DNA from: Methanobacteriota archaeon
GTDB lineage: Archaea > Thermoplasmatota > Poseidoniia > Poseidoniales > Poseidoniaceae
Reading direction: 5' to 3'
Length of the DNA: 64,000 bases
NCBI GenBank assembly: GCA_002722615.1
Contig: PBMQ01000037.1
Span: forward strand, 34,958 to 98,957
Below are positions 1 to 10,261 of this stretch, piece by piece. The position numbers were made by a program, and so were the translations under genes. The notes beneath the pieces were generated by a model. It did no database searches. It saw only the letters and a list, made by a program, of their open reading frames with translations, and had not been told where the DNA came from. The first letter of the stretch is position 1. Every line of letters begins with the position of its first letter.

Positions 1-882
1 TCTGAAGACAGCTACATCGTTCTGATCGCCAAAAGAACAAACCATGAGTATTCCGCTACCAAATTCTGATTTCACGGATGGGTGTGTCTGAATCTCGACG
101 CTTTTTTCCCGACCTTCAACGGGCATTGGTAGGATCGCACGTTGACCGACGAGATGTTGATATCGTTTGTCATCAGGATGAACGACAACAACGCCACATG
201 CACAAATCATTTCTGGGCGTGTGGTTGAAATAACGAGTTCTTCTCCATTCTCTGTCTTCCATCGGACATCAACAAGTTTTGTCATACGACGAATCCGTTC
301 AACTTCTGCGTCTGCGATGGTCGTTCCTTCGACTGGATCGTAAATGTTGGGTCGCAAATCCTCAACGATATCTCCTTTCTTGAACAATTCAATAAAAATG
401 GATTGAGTTACGGAGCGATAATCAGGTGCGTCTGTAAGATACTCAGCAGCAAAATCGCAGGATAATCCAACTCTAGCCGCCGTTTTCCTCATCGCCTGAG
501 TAAAGGTTTCAATGGTTTCTCTGCATAGGTTTAGGAATTCTTCCCTGTCGTATGTCTTCATTTTCCTCTTGGTATTTTTTTCAACAGTAAATTCGATGTT
601 GATTCCATTTCGGTCAACTCCCCAAGGGAAGTAAACTTCTTTTCCAAGAAGGCGTTGAGAACGTGCCAAAACGTCGATCATGGAATACTGTGCTACTGCT
701 CCAATGTGCCAGGTTCCGGATGGGTATGGCGGTGGGGTGTCGATGACAAAAATTTCTTTCCCACTGTCTGGGTTGAATCCATACCTCTTCTGATAGGCAT
801 TCTCATCAGCGTAGTGTTCTTCTTGAATTTTCTTTTCGAGGTCGATTGACCATCTCTTTTCTGGAAGTCGAGGCGTTCCCAT
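1..882 (-). CDS. valS: Valyl-tRNA synthetase, N-terminal part; the gene runs off the window start
   Basis: Translating the reverse complement from the ATG at 882..880 gives MGTPRLPEKRWSIDLEKK...IFVIDTPPPYPSGTWHIGAVAQYSMIDVLAR. This matches the archaeal class-I aaRS (ValRS) 'PPPYPSG..HIGA' HIGH-motif region. It is not in the ORF track because it is truncated by the window edge. Confidence 0.75.
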   Translation of the reverse strand, partial: MGTPRLPEKRWSIDLEKKIQEEHYADENAYQKRYGFNPDSGKEIFVIDTPPPYPSGTWHIGAVAQYSMIDVLARSQRLLGKEVYFPWGVDRNGINIEFTVEKNTKRKMKTYDREEFLNLCRETIETFTQAMRKTAARVGLSCDFAAEYLTDAPDYRSVTQSIFIELFKKGDIVEDLRPNIYDPVEGTTIADAEVERIRRMTKLVDVRWKTENGEELVISTTRPEMICACGVVVVHPDDKRYQHLVGQRAILPMPVEGREKSVEIQTHPSVKSEFGSGILMVCSFGDQNDVAVFR

Positions 883-1015
883 GCTTAACACCGGCCCAAC
901 CCCCTGTGACTGGGGGGGTCCAGTTAACCCTGAGTGTGTTTGTTTTTCAACGGTTCCCTCACATCTCGACGGCAATGCTTTCAATGAAAGACTCAAGGGC
1001 TGGTTGGGTTCCAGT

Positions 1016-4000
1016 ATGTCGGATGGTGTCGACGAGCAAGATACATCCTCAAACGAGGATGATGTTGGTCGAATCCAAGCCATCGCTGACTACAGCCGTA
1101 ATCGGATGCGAGTTGCCTCCGTAGACATCTCTGCCCGTGTACGTGATTTCGATGCAAAGAAAGCAGTTGATGCAGTTCTTGATGCTCCAAAGCGTCTGAA
1201 GCGTGAATGGCAGAAATCCGGTGCTACAGGCGTAATTACAAGGTTCCCTATTGCTACAGTTGCTTTATTTTTGATGATCACAATGTACTTTGTGACCACC
1301 TCGGGATTCCTTGATGATACCCGATTTGATGATGATCCAAACGAACCAGCATTGAACGTCAATGGTGATATGGAGGTCTATCTCCCAGATGGCAGTGAAG
1401 TCAAGGAATTAATCGAAAAAGTCGAGGAGGATTGGACGACAAACGTCATGGTCATTTACATTGAATCTGACAAAAACAACATCACTGATCAGCGAATCCT
1501 TCAGGAGATCAGTTATGTTGAAAAGAGCATCAATCCATATCTCTCTGATAACGAAAGTGATGATGTCATCTATATCCTCTCCATTTCCACGGTACTGAAA
1601 GAAATTAACTCAAGCCTCCCTCGTGTACGAGATGCGTTCATTACTGAATTGGGTCGTCAGTGTCCTTCATTTCAAGAATTATGCGAAAATTTCGCTGCGA
1701 GTGTCAACACAGCATTGTCAGCAGGTGACGAACAATTCGCTGGTGGGTACGAGATTCCATCTCAGACAACCATCGATCTCATCATTGGAGAAATGTATGA
1801 AAATGACGGCTCCCCTACTCCTGGTCTGGATAAACTCGCTCGCAACACAAATGCTTGCACTGGAGAACCGGGAGTTGATGATGCTGATGATAATGGATGC
1901 ATAGGTGGAGAAGACCTTAAACTCGATCGAGCAATCATGGCTGTAGCTGTTGTTGATACCATTGAAGCAAAGGATATCATCAAGGCAACACAGGAGCGAT
2001 TGGACAATATCTCATCTGAGCCACGTCCTTGTGAATTTGATCAAAACGGTAACCCAGCGAATGATGACCGATGCACTTGGGAAGATTTAGGACTCAAGAT
2101 GACGCTAACTGGTCCAGTTCCGATTACAAACTCAGTAACGGAATTTTCATTCCGACTCTTTTGGGAGATTTTTCCACTAGCGGTTGTTTTGGTTGCCCTA
2201 GGATTGTTTGTATTTCACTCGGATCTTCTCCAAGCAGGTATCTCTGGGATTCGACCAATTCAAGGAATTAAGGTCGTAATTATTGCTGGACTGCCCACTC
2301 TTTGTGCTGTGTTTTGGACGCTTGGAATTATTGGTGCATCGGACTATGAAGTGACGATGACGGTGATTATCGTCGGCCCGATTCTACTAGCTTTGGGCGT
2401 ATCCTACGGTTTGCACATCACCAATCGATACGCTGAGGAAGAGGGGAGCAGAAGCGAAAAGATGCAAGCCTCTATGAAATCGACAGGACGGGCAGTATTC
2501 CTATCGGCGGTTACTACGGTTATTGGATTCATTTCATTGATTTTTACACCCATGGCTCCGATCAAAACAGTTGGAATTGCACTTTCTGGTGGAATTGTAG
2601 TCGTTTACATTCTCACGATGTTCATGGTGCCGAACCTTACGTTGATTCTTGACTTGAGGAAGCCAAAACATCCCCCGCTCAAGGTCTTTGATGCTGCAGT
2701 AGACGTTCCTATCAAAAGAAATACCAGCGTTATTGGGTTCTTCCTCATCCTTGTTCTCGTTTCGGCGACGCTTGGGCAAGCCAATGTGGAAGAGAACATC
2801 GACTTGCTTGGTATGGCTCCCGAAGGCGAACAGCCCGTCATTAAAATGAAACAATACAGCAGAGAATTCAATGCAGGTCAAATCGGGATGGTCTTGGTTC
2901 ATGCAAATGTTTCCGGGGATATTAGTGATAGTGACCCTACAAACGATGATCCTGCTCAAAATTTGAAAATCATCGATGGGCTTGAACGAAACCTCAATAC
3001 CATCGAAAATGCATCCGCAGTATCCGTCGTATTTTTGATGAAAGCCACAGGACTTGCACCGACGATATCTGGACAACCCATACTCGCTCAGATTCAAGAA
3101 CTTCCCGGATATGATGTTCTTCCTGAAGATGTTCGTGATACATTTGAAGTCTTACTTGATGTCGAAGCAACTCAAGGTGCAACGTTCTGGGATCTCCTAA
3201 CAACTCCAGACGAATTTGGATTGCCGGGTTCCACTCAAAGCCAAATCTTCTTGTTGGATGTATTCTATTCATCATTGACAAAAGAAATGCGTGAGATTTT
3301 TATCAATTCAGATTATGATCGCACACTCATTTACATTGATATGCCGTTTATTCCTGTTGCGGATACAGCCGTTGCCGTTGAACAAATTAACGAGTATTCC
3401 GAAGGATTCCGAGGCACTCAGCAAGAACACGCAGAGAAACTTACAGGTGTTGCTGCCACTGCAATTGAAGTCAACAAACTAATTGTTGATTCTCAGTGGA
3501 GGTCGCTAGGGTTTGCAGTTACACTTACGCTCATTGTTTTGGCGGTAGTGTTCAGAGATATTCGTTATTCACTGCTCACCACCTCTCCTGTCATCGCTAC
3601 GGTTGCTCTCCAATGGCTCGTCATGTGGCAAATGGATGTTCCGTTATCACTTGTAACGGTCATGATTGGATCGATATTGGTTGGAGTCGGTGTCGACTTT
3701 TCGATTCACATAGCCAACCGCATTCGTGAACTTGGGGGCGGCATTGAAGCGATTCGATCAGCAGCCGTTGGAACAGGTATGTCTCTCTTCGAAGCAGCTG
3801 TCGTAACATCGTTGGGGATGTTTACCGCCTACCAAATCCCTATTCCTGAAATCAAACCGTTCGTCACAGTCATTCTGATTCTGTTGTGGGTGGCTGCTGC
3901 TAGTGCTTTGTTCCTCCTTCCAGCAATTTTCGTGACTCTTGAGAAATATGGTATCGGGGTTGTTGGTGGTACATCAGGTATGGCGAAACGACTTGGCCTT

Positions 4001-4078
4001 GGAAAAATCAAAGCCGATGACCCAGATGTACTCGAGGCAGTTCTTGTTGTTGACTCGAAGAACAAAGAAGCGTGGTGA
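1016..4078 (+). CDS. RND-superfamily exporter (MMPL / COG1033-like), 12 TM with two large extracytoplasmic loops
   Basis: Track ORF 881..4078. The first 45 codons overlap the valS start on the other strand, so the likely start is MSDG at 1016. There are two repeated 6-TM bundles (e.g. GLPTLCAVFWTLGIIGASDYEVTMTVIIVGPILLALGVSYGLHITNRY and IGSILVGVGVDFSIHIANRIRE), which is the RND/MMPL signature. Confidence 0.75.
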   Translation: MSDGVDEQDTSSNEDDVGRIQAIADYSRNRMRVASVDISARVRDFDAKKAVDAVLDAPKRLKREWQKSGATGVITRFPIATVALFLMITMYFVTTSGFLDDTRFDDDPNEPALNVNGDMEVYLPDGSEVKELIEKVEEDWTTNVMVIYIESDKNNITDQRILQEISYVEKSINPYLSDNESDDVIYILSISTVLKEINSSLPRVRDAFITELGRQCPSFQELCENFAASVNTALSAGDEQFAGGYEIPSQTTIDLIIGEMYENDGSPTPGLDKLARNTNACTGEPGVDDADDNGCIGGEDLKLDRAIMAVAVVDTIEAKDIIKATQERLDNISSEPRPCEFDQNGNPANDDRCTWEDLGLKMTLTGPVPITNSVTEFSFRLFWEIFPLAVVLVALGLFVFHSDLLQAGISGIRPIQGIKVVIIAGLPTLCAVFWTLGIIGASDYEVTMTVIIVGPILLALGVSYGLHITNRYAEEEGSRSEKMQASMKSTGRAVFLSAVTTVIGFISLIFTPMAPIKTVGIALSGGIVVVYILTMFMVPNLTLILDLRKPKHPPLKVFDAAVDVPIKRNTSVIGFFLILVLVSATLGQANVEENIDLLGMAPEGEQPVIKMKQYSREFNAGQIGMVLVHANVSGDISDSDPTNDDPAQNLKIIDGLERNLNTIENASAVSVVFLMKATGLAPTISGQPILAQIQELPGYDVLPEDVRDTFEVLLDVEATQGATFWDLLTTPDEFGLPGSTQSQIFLLDVFYSSLTKEMREIFINSDYDRTLIYIDMPFIPVADTAVAVEQINEYSEGFRGTQQEHAEKLTGVAATAIEVNKLIVDSQWRSLGFAVTLTLIVLAVVFRDIRYSLLTTSPVIATVALQWLVMWQMDVPLSLVTVMIGSILVGVGVDFSIHIANRIRELGGGIEAIRSAAVGTGMSLFEAAVVTSLGMFTAYQIPIPEIKPFVTVILILLWVAAASALFLLPAIFVTLEKYGIGVVGGTSGMAKRLGLGKIKADDPDVLEAVLVVDSKNKEAW

Positions 4079-4119
4079 AGCCAAGCAAAGGGATAAGACC
4101 TGTATCCCCATCAAGTAAC

Positions 4120-4599
4120 ATGGTCAAGTATTGGCTCATGAAGTCAGAACTCGATGTCTATCCCTACGCACAACTTGTAGCCGACGGGACCACGCATTGG
4201 GATGGTGTTCGCAACTATCAAGCTCGTAACATGATGAGAGATGATATGAAAATCGGTGATTTCGTCCTCTTTTACCACTCGAACTGTAAACCACCTCATG
4301 TCGCAGGTGTTGCAAGGGTTTGCCGTGAAGGATACGGTGATTTCACTTCATGGGACTCATCATCAAAGTATTTTGATGAAAAGTCAACTCCAGACAACCC
4401 TCGTTGGTTTATGGTTGACATAGAACCCGTCTGTGCGTTGGACTCCATCGTAGCGCTCGATGCTGTCCGCCAAGAAGCTGCTTTAGCAGACATGCTGTTG
4501 ATTCGGCGTGGGCAACGACTCTCAATCCAACCAGTCCAAGAAAATGAATTCCAACACATCTGTGAAATGGGTGGAGTTTCGGTTTCTGATTTCAAGTGA
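4120..4599 (+). CDS. EVE (PUA-like) domain protein
   Basis: MVKYWLMKSELDVYPYAQL...WDGVRNYQARNMMRDDMKIGDFVLFYHSN matches the EVE/thymocyte-nuclear-protein-like fold. The internal start at 4120 avoids overlap with the upstream gene. Confidence 0.7.
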   Translation: MVKYWLMKSELDVYPYAQLVADGTTHWDGVRNYQARNMMRDDMKIGDFVLFYHSNCKPPHVAGVARVCREGYGDFTSWDSSSKYFDEKSTPDNPRWFMVDIEPVCALDSIVALDAVRQEAALADMLLIRRGQRLSIQPVQENEFQHICEMGGVSVSDFK

Positions 4600-4608
4600 G
4601 GCCTTTCA

Positions 4609-5820
4609 ATGCAACCACTTTCAGCAACACAAAGAGCACTCAACATTGAGTACGCGATTCGTGATGTCGTAGTCCCCGCAACCGAACTTGAATCCCAAGG
4701 TCATTCAATTATCAAACTCAACATCGGTGATCCAATCGCCTATCCCGGATTGCCAACCCCTCCTCATATGGTCGAAGCATTTGCTCAGGCGTTGAATGAT
4801 GGTCGCAACGGCTATTCTCCTTCTTATGGGCTGCCTGAATTGCGTGAAGCAATTGCGAATGATGAATCAAGCAAGGGTTGGCCTGCAACATCTGATGACG
4901 TTTATGTTTGTCATGGCGTCACTGAAGCGCTTCAAATCCTCTTCCAAGCAACGTTGGAGGAAGGAGATGTTGTCCTTGCCCCAGGTCCACATTATCCTCC
5001 ATATATGGCGTATCCACAAATGTATGGTGCTGCGACCATCGAATACAGCCTCAAATCTGAGCAAGGATGGGCTCTTGATTTTGATGATATCGAATCGAAG
5101 ATGAACGACCATGTCCGACTGTTTGTTTTGATCAATCCAAACAATCCTACCGGTGCAGTTGTTGGAAAGGATGACATCGACCGTCTTTTGAAGATCTTAG
5201 GACGATGGCCAAATTGCATTCTTGTTGCGGATGAAATTTATGATGGTCTCGATTTTTCAAATCAGCAAGTAAGTGCTGCCAGTCGGTCCGATTCCCAACC
5301 AGTCGTGACCATGAACGGAGTTTCCAAAGTGTACTATGCGCCTGGATGGAGAATTGGTTACATGGCTCTACATGATCCAGTTAACAACCTTGGCTCAGTT
5401 CGAGACGGTATCGAGCGAATTCTCCGTTCGCGTTTATGTGCTTCAACTCCTGCCCAACTTGGTTTCCTAGCAGGTCTTCAACAGGATCGCTCATGGATGG
5501 ATGTCTACTCAAAAACCGTACAGGATAGACGGGACGTTTGTTTGGAAAGAATCGCTTCGATAGAAGGCTTGGAAGTCGAAAAACCGCAAGGCGCATTTTA
5601 CATGTTTGTTCGATTAACTGATGAAAAATGGAAGAACAATGACAAAGAATTCGTTTTGCAATTGCTTCATGAAGAACACGTTCTCTTGGTTCATGGTTCA
5701 GGTTTTAGCAGCGAAAAAGGAAAAGGACATGTCCGCTTGGTGTTTTTACCCGATATTCCGACTTTACATACTGCATTTGACCGCATTGATTCCTTCCTTC
5801 AACGTTCTCGTATTTCATGA
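4609..5820 (+). CDS. PLP-dependent aminotransferase, class I/II (Ala/Asp aminotransferase-like)
   Basis: NIGDPIAYPGLPTPPHMVEAF, NPNNPTGAV and SKVYYAPGWRIGY (Lys in the SK motif) are fold-type I aminotransferase motifs. Confidence 0.85.
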   Translation: MQPLSATQRALNIEYAIRDVVVPATELESQGHSIIKLNIGDPIAYPGLPTPPHMVEAFAQALNDGRNGYSPSYGLPELREAIANDESSKGWPATSDDVYVCHGVTEALQILFQATLEEGDVVLAPGPHYPPYMAYPQMYGAATIEYSLKSEQGWALDFDDIESKMNDHVRLFVLINPNNPTGAVVGKDDIDRLLKILGRWPNCILVADEIYDGLDFSNQQVSAASRSDSQPVVTMNGVSKVYYAPGWRIGYMALHDPVNNLGSVRDGIERILRSRLCASTPAQLGFLAGLQQDRSWMDVYSKTVQDRRDVCLERIASIEGLEVEKPQGAFYMFVRLTDEKWKNNDKEFVLQLLHEEHVLLVHGSGFSSEKGKGHVRLVFLPDIPTLHTAFDRIDSFLQRSRIS

Positions 5821-5867
5821 AGTATGCTGGCGAAGAATTCATCATGACTAATCTCAGCGTGTGCTAC

Positions 5868-8800
5868 ATGCGGAAGCCATTCTATGGACTATCGTTCATG
5901 TTTCTTGCGCTCTTACCAAGTGCTTCTGCTTCTTCGATTGCGCAACCGACTGAGTTCGACACTGCCTACCTCTATCCTCTGATTCTATCACTGTTTATTG
6001 GAGCATTGCTGTGGAAATTTTTTGTTCCGCGTCAACTTTCAGCCCTCCAAGTAGCGTTTGAAATTGATGACAACCTGTATGAGGTTCATCGCTTAACAAG
6101 GACCGTAGAAGATGCTCGTGACATCCTTCAACAAGGCCGCGTAGCATTCGGTGTTGGCTTGTATATGATGGGTATGCTCGGTGTACTCCTCTTGATCTCA
6201 GAACTTATATTTCAGCCACAGGTCTATTTTGAACCAAATCTATGGATCATTGGGCTGTTCGTTTTAATTCCAATTATGATTTCACCATGGGAAACAATGA
6301 ATGCTCAGTTGGCAGGAAAAGGAGATACAAGGATTGGTGCTACAACCATTGGAACAGGAATTCGTCGAATTTTTACCCTTGGCATTCTTGTTTCAGCAAC
6401 ACTGATTACGCTCATTTACGGAATGAATGAGAATGGTGGGAGGATTACCCCTGTATGGCTAGCTATTACGATGTTGGTGTTCATGGCACCAACCATTTTG
6501 GCGTATGGTCGAATTATGGGTGCTTCATGGAATATGCTTCTAGTGAATAAATGGAGAACTGCCAACGGCCGCAGAAATCCAATTGATCCTGACAAACCGT
6601 CGTTTGTTAATCGTCTCTTTTCTCTCCTTCTTGTCCTGTTTTTGATTACAATGCCTATTACTGCTCTCAATGGTATCGTGACTGTGTTTCACGTTCTCTA
6701 TAACAGTCCTTCCAATACAGAAGAGATTCTCAATTACGGTGGAATTATCGGGCATTCAATTTATGAACGGATCGATTTGATTTCAGAAATTCTATTCCAT
6801 TGGGAATTTATCAAATCGATGCCCCAGTTCCTTTCATTGTACCTCTCATTAAACATCGCTATCGTTGGATTGGCATTTATTTTTGAATTGACACGTAACC
6901 TTATTCTCGGCGGTCAAACGTTTGGTGGCATGTTTGGTGTTACCCTTGATACACCTCGAGAGATTCGTACAGAGGAATCAGCACAAGGCCGTCAAATTGC
7001 ATTTGCTTTTGCCGGTTTTTCCGGCTACACCGTTTTGCTTTTGATTCTTGTTTGCTACAAAGAATTTGGAGATTTAATGCCATTCACATCTAATCTAGAA
7101 GCCAATGACTTTGATGAAGAAATGCGCTTGCTTACAACATGGATGTTCATTGCAGTTGGTAATTCAGTTTTCCTGTTTACTTGGCTACTTTCAATCGCTC
7201 GACTTTCCCCGCTTCGCCAGATTCGTTTCGATCTTGATCCAGAAGAACGCCGAGAAGGTGCAGTCATGTTCGCAGGAGGTGACTGGATGCGTGAATTCAT
7301 CGATGATGCTGCTTTGCAAGAAGATCTTGATGGTTTGATACGGTTTCAGAAGCAGTCGATTGAGGGTGATCAGTCCTTGGTTCGCCATGAAAAAGCACGT
7401 GCAAGAATGTGGGAGTGTGCTATCCGAGGTCTTTGGCCGAAAGCTGTTGAAGAAGCGAAGAAAGTCCTCGCACAATCAGGTGGTGACGATGACGAAGCTC
7501 GAATGCTAATCGCAACTGGTTACATTGCAACTCGTCGCCTTGATGCTGCGCGCGGCGCATTACGCGGGCTCCAACAACCTGAGGGGTATGACGAGCCAGA
7601 ACTTCTCGCATTTATTTGCGAATGGATTGATCCATGGCATGGGACAGTCGATGAGGATGATTTGTGGGATTGGGAAAACAACTCAACTATTGACCATTTG
7701 AATGAAAAAATGCGCATGCTACGTTATTGGACGCCTTCTTTTTCAAAAGAAGCTACGCAGCACAACGATCGCCTTTCACTTATATCCTCAATATCCAATG
7801 TTGCAACTCTGCGTATGCAGCGTAGGCATGATGAAGCATTGGAACTCGCTCTGGAGTCGGTTAAACAAGATCCACTTGGCGTACGACCGCGTATTGCAGC
7901 AGCATTGTGTTTGTTGGATCGAGGCGATTGGCATCAAGCCTTATCGATTTACAAGGAACTTCGTGAAAGTGATGTCAACGATCCGAGAGTCAAGGCGCTT
8001 TCAGTCATCCTTGGTCATGAAGCAGATGCTGAGGAATTTGAAGTATCATTGGTCATGGAAAAAGGTAAATCGATTAAACGTTGGTTGGATGATGCACCAG
8101 TTAATCCAGTTGCAGGTTTGGCAACGAAAGGTGGCATCGATGAGGCTATCAATGCAAATGTTATGATTGTGAGCCATGAGGCAGTTCGTCGTGGAATGAC
8201 ACCCCGATACTCGACATCATTCATTTTCAAAGTAGTTCAATTCTTCCTCCTACCTATGATTTTCATTGTCACTGGAATTGGATTGGACTCTGTGTACGGA
8301 GCGGCTGAAGGAGCAGTTGCGACGGTCACGTTGTTCGTTCTCCAGTTTGGTTTGTATCGATTTAATCGTCAACAGCGCAAGCAAATCAAACATCGTGATC
8401 AACGTTCTTTGGTTGAGTATGCTAAAATGATGAAGAGGTCAAAGGTTAAACCAAGCCGAGACAATATACCTGTTGGAACCCACCTCCTGCTTTCTGGTAT
8501 TCTCGTTACGGTCAATGGCGTTGTACTTGACATCGGATTGCCTGGATGGTTGACAGAACGTTTGCCGAAAGATTCCGATAAAACAATTCGTTCAAGATTA
8601 AAACGTAATGCAATGACAATGTCGAAGAATCGACCCGGTAAACTTTCAGTTTTATCCTCAGGTTGGTGGCTGAAACGACCAAAAGAAGAGGACGGAGATA
8701 TGCCTGCCCTAGAACGATTGATAGGTGCTCTTGCCTATCGTGGACGGCAGACCATGGTTCAGAAGAAAACAACTAGCTTGAACCGCTCAACAAAGGTAGG

Positions 8801-8921
8801 AAAAGGTAAAACTCCGGTTTCGGAACTTAACCTTTCGAAAAGGAATGTTCCTACACATACAATTGCCAGCGAACGGTCAACATACTCTGGGCCGAGACGC
8901 CCAGGACAGCGTCGAAATTGA
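5868..8921 (+). CDS. Large polytopic membrane protein with an internal TPR-like soluble domain and a Lys/Arg-rich C-terminal tail; function unknown
   Basis: Track ORF 5817..8921. The likely start MRKPFYGLSFMFLALLPSASASS (5868) looks like a signal peptide. About 11 hydrophobic helices lie in the first ~470 aa. A helical repeat region (DAARGALRGLQQPEGYDEPELLAFICEW...ALCLLDRGDWHQALSIYKEL) is TPR-like. More TM helices follow (FFLLPMIFIVTGIGL), then a very basic tail (KKTTSLNRSTKVGKGKTP...RRPGQRRN). Confidence 0.5.
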   Translation: MRKPFYGLSFMFLALLPSASASSIAQPTEFDTAYLYPLILSLFIGALLWKFFVPRQLSALQVAFEIDDNLYEVHRLTRTVEDARDILQQGRVAFGVGLYMMGMLGVLLLISELIFQPQVYFEPNLWIIGLFVLIPIMISPWETMNAQLAGKGDTRIGATTIGTGIRRIFTLGILVSATLITLIYGMNENGGRITPVWLAITMLVFMAPTILAYGRIMGASWNMLLVNKWRTANGRRNPIDPDKPSFVNRLFSLLLVLFLITMPITALNGIVTVFHVLYNSPSNTEEILNYGGIIGHSIYERIDLISEILFHWEFIKSMPQFLSLYLSLNIAIVGLAFIFELTRNLILGGQTFGGMFGVTLDTPREIRTEESAQGRQIAFAFAGFSGYTVLLLILVCYKEFGDLMPFTSNLEANDFDEEMRLLTTWMFIAVGNSVFLFTWLLSIARLSPLRQIRFDLDPEERREGAVMFAGGDWMREFIDDAALQEDLDGLIRFQKQSIEGDQSLVRHEKARARMWECAIRGLWPKAVEEAKKVLAQSGGDDDEARMLIATGYIATRRLDAARGALRGLQQPEGYDEPELLAFICEWIDPWHGTVDEDDLWDWENNSTIDHLNEKMRMLRYWTPSFSKEATQHNDRLSLISSISNVATLRMQRRHDEALELALESVKQDPLGVRPRIAAALCLLDRGDWHQALSIYKELRESDVNDPRVKALSVILGHEADAEEFEVSLVMEKGKSIKRWLDDAPVNPVAGLATKGGIDEAINANVMIVSHEAVRRGMTPRYSTSFIFKVVQFFLLPMIFIVTGIGLDSVYGAAEGAVATVTLFVLQFGLYRFNRQQRKQIKHRDQRSLVEYAKMMKRSKVKPSRDNIPVGTHLLLSGILVTVNGVVLDIGLPGWLTERLPKDSDKTIRSRLKRNAMTMSKNRPGKLSVLSSGWWLKRPKEEDGDMPALERLIGALAYRGRQTMVQKKTTSLNRSTKVGKGKTPVSELNLSKRNVPTHTIASERSTYSGPRRPGQRRN

Positions 8922-8968
8922 GCCCGAGGATTCATATAATTCATGAACCCCTTTGTGATGGTTCGCAC

Positions 8969-10261
8969 ATGAGCAATCGTTCACCTCGAGAATCCGTTGA
9001 TGCCGTTTTGGCTGCGTCTACACAAAGCACAACGCTCTATGGCAAAGGGCTAGGGATGATCGCATCGGAGAACATCATATCTCCAAACGTGAAGCGAGCA
9101 ATTAATTCTGATTTGCACGGTCGGTATGCAGAAGGGCTTCCTGGCAAGCGCTATTACCAAGGTTGCGATGATTTTGATACCATTGAGGAGATAGGCATAT
9201 CCCTTGCAAAAAAGGTATTTCAATCCAATTTTGCCAACATCCAATCGACATCTGGGACTGTGTCCAATATTGGTGCATTGAAAGCTCTTGCAAAACCTGG
9301 AGATTCAATAACAGCTGTATCAACTGCCGACGGAGGTCATATTTCTCATGCACGCATGGGTGCTGTTGGACTTCGAGATCTCAATGTTTCGACTTACCCT
9401 TGGGATGAGGATCGAATGGAACCTGATATCGATGCATCCTGCGCCCTCATTCGTGAACTTCAACCGAAAATTACCCTTGTCGGGCAATCTGTATTTCTAT
9501 TCCCAACTCCTTTGAAAGAACTGGCCGAAGCAGCTCATGAAGTTGACTCAACCGTCATGTACGATGGCGCACACGTACTGGGTCTTATTGCAGGCGGAGT
9601 GTTTCAAGACCCATTGCGGGAGGGTGCTGATGTGATGACTGGGTCATCTCACAAGACATTTCCAGGACCTCAAGGAGGGTTCTTACTTTCTTCGAGCGAA
9701 GACCAAACATTTCATCGTAAGTTGAACAATGCAATGTTCCCCGGAGTTTGTTCGTCGTATCACTTGCACCATGTTGCAGGAAAAGTCGTCGCCTTGGCAG
9801 AGTTTGAGGCATTCGGTCATGCCTATGCTAGCGACATCGTTCGTAATGCCCGTGTCTTTGCAGAATCTCTCGCAGCAGAAGGGTTTGATGTGTTGGCAGA
9901 ATCTCGTGGATATACTGCCTCGCATCAGGTTTTGACCAGACATGGAGGGATTGACTCTGGAGCTGGTGCTGTTGCTGCAAAGAAGTTGGAAGACGCAGGA
10001 ATTATCACGAACATGAACATGCTTCCGGGTGATACAAAAGCAATGACACCATCTGGACTGCGCTTAGGGGTTCAGGAATTAACTCGAGTTGGCATGGGTG
10101 TAAATGAAATGGCAGAAGTCGCTTCGTTATACGCTCGCGTTCTCATTCACGGGGAACATCCAAAAGATGTCAAAAATGATGTCCACCATCTGAAATCTGA
10201 CTTCCAGCATGTGCAATATTGTTTCGACTCGGAATCTATCCCTGCCTATGAAGGGATGTGA
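8969..10261 (+). CDS. glyA: Serine hydroxymethyltransferase
   Basis: LGMIASENIISPNVKRAINSDLHGRYAEGLPGKRYYQGC, the GGHISHA region, and VMTGSSHKTFPGPQGG (PLP-Lys motif) are present. Track start 8918 overlaps the upstream gene; MSNRS at 8969 is more likely. Confidence 0.9.
   Translation: MSNRSPRESVDAVLAASTQSTTLYGKGLGMIASENIISPNVKRAINSDLHGRYAEGLPGKRYYQGCDDFDTIEEIGISLAKKVFQSNFANIQSTSGTVSNIGALKALAKPGDSITAVSTADGGHISHARMGAVGLRDLNVSTYPWDEDRMEPDIDASCALIRELQPKITLVGQSVFLFPTPLKELAEAAHEVDSTVMYDGAHVLGLIAGGVFQDPLREGADVMTGSSHKTFPGPQGGFLLSSSEDQTFHRKLNNAMFPGVCSSYHLHHVAGKVVALAEFEAFGHAYASDIVRNARVFAESLAAEGFDVLAESRGYTASHQVLTRHGGIDSGAGAVAAKKLEDAGIITNMNMLPGDTKAMTPSGLRLGVQELTRVGMGVNEMAEVASLYARVLIHGEHPKDVKNDVHHLKSDFQHVQYCFDSESIPAYEGM

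Noticed and set aside
881-1015. 5' extension of the RND/MMPL exporter ORF (MLNTGPTPCDWGG…) starting at 881
   Set aside because: These 45 codons overlap the valS start codon region on the opposite strand, and the composition is atypical. The real start is more likely MSDG at 1016.
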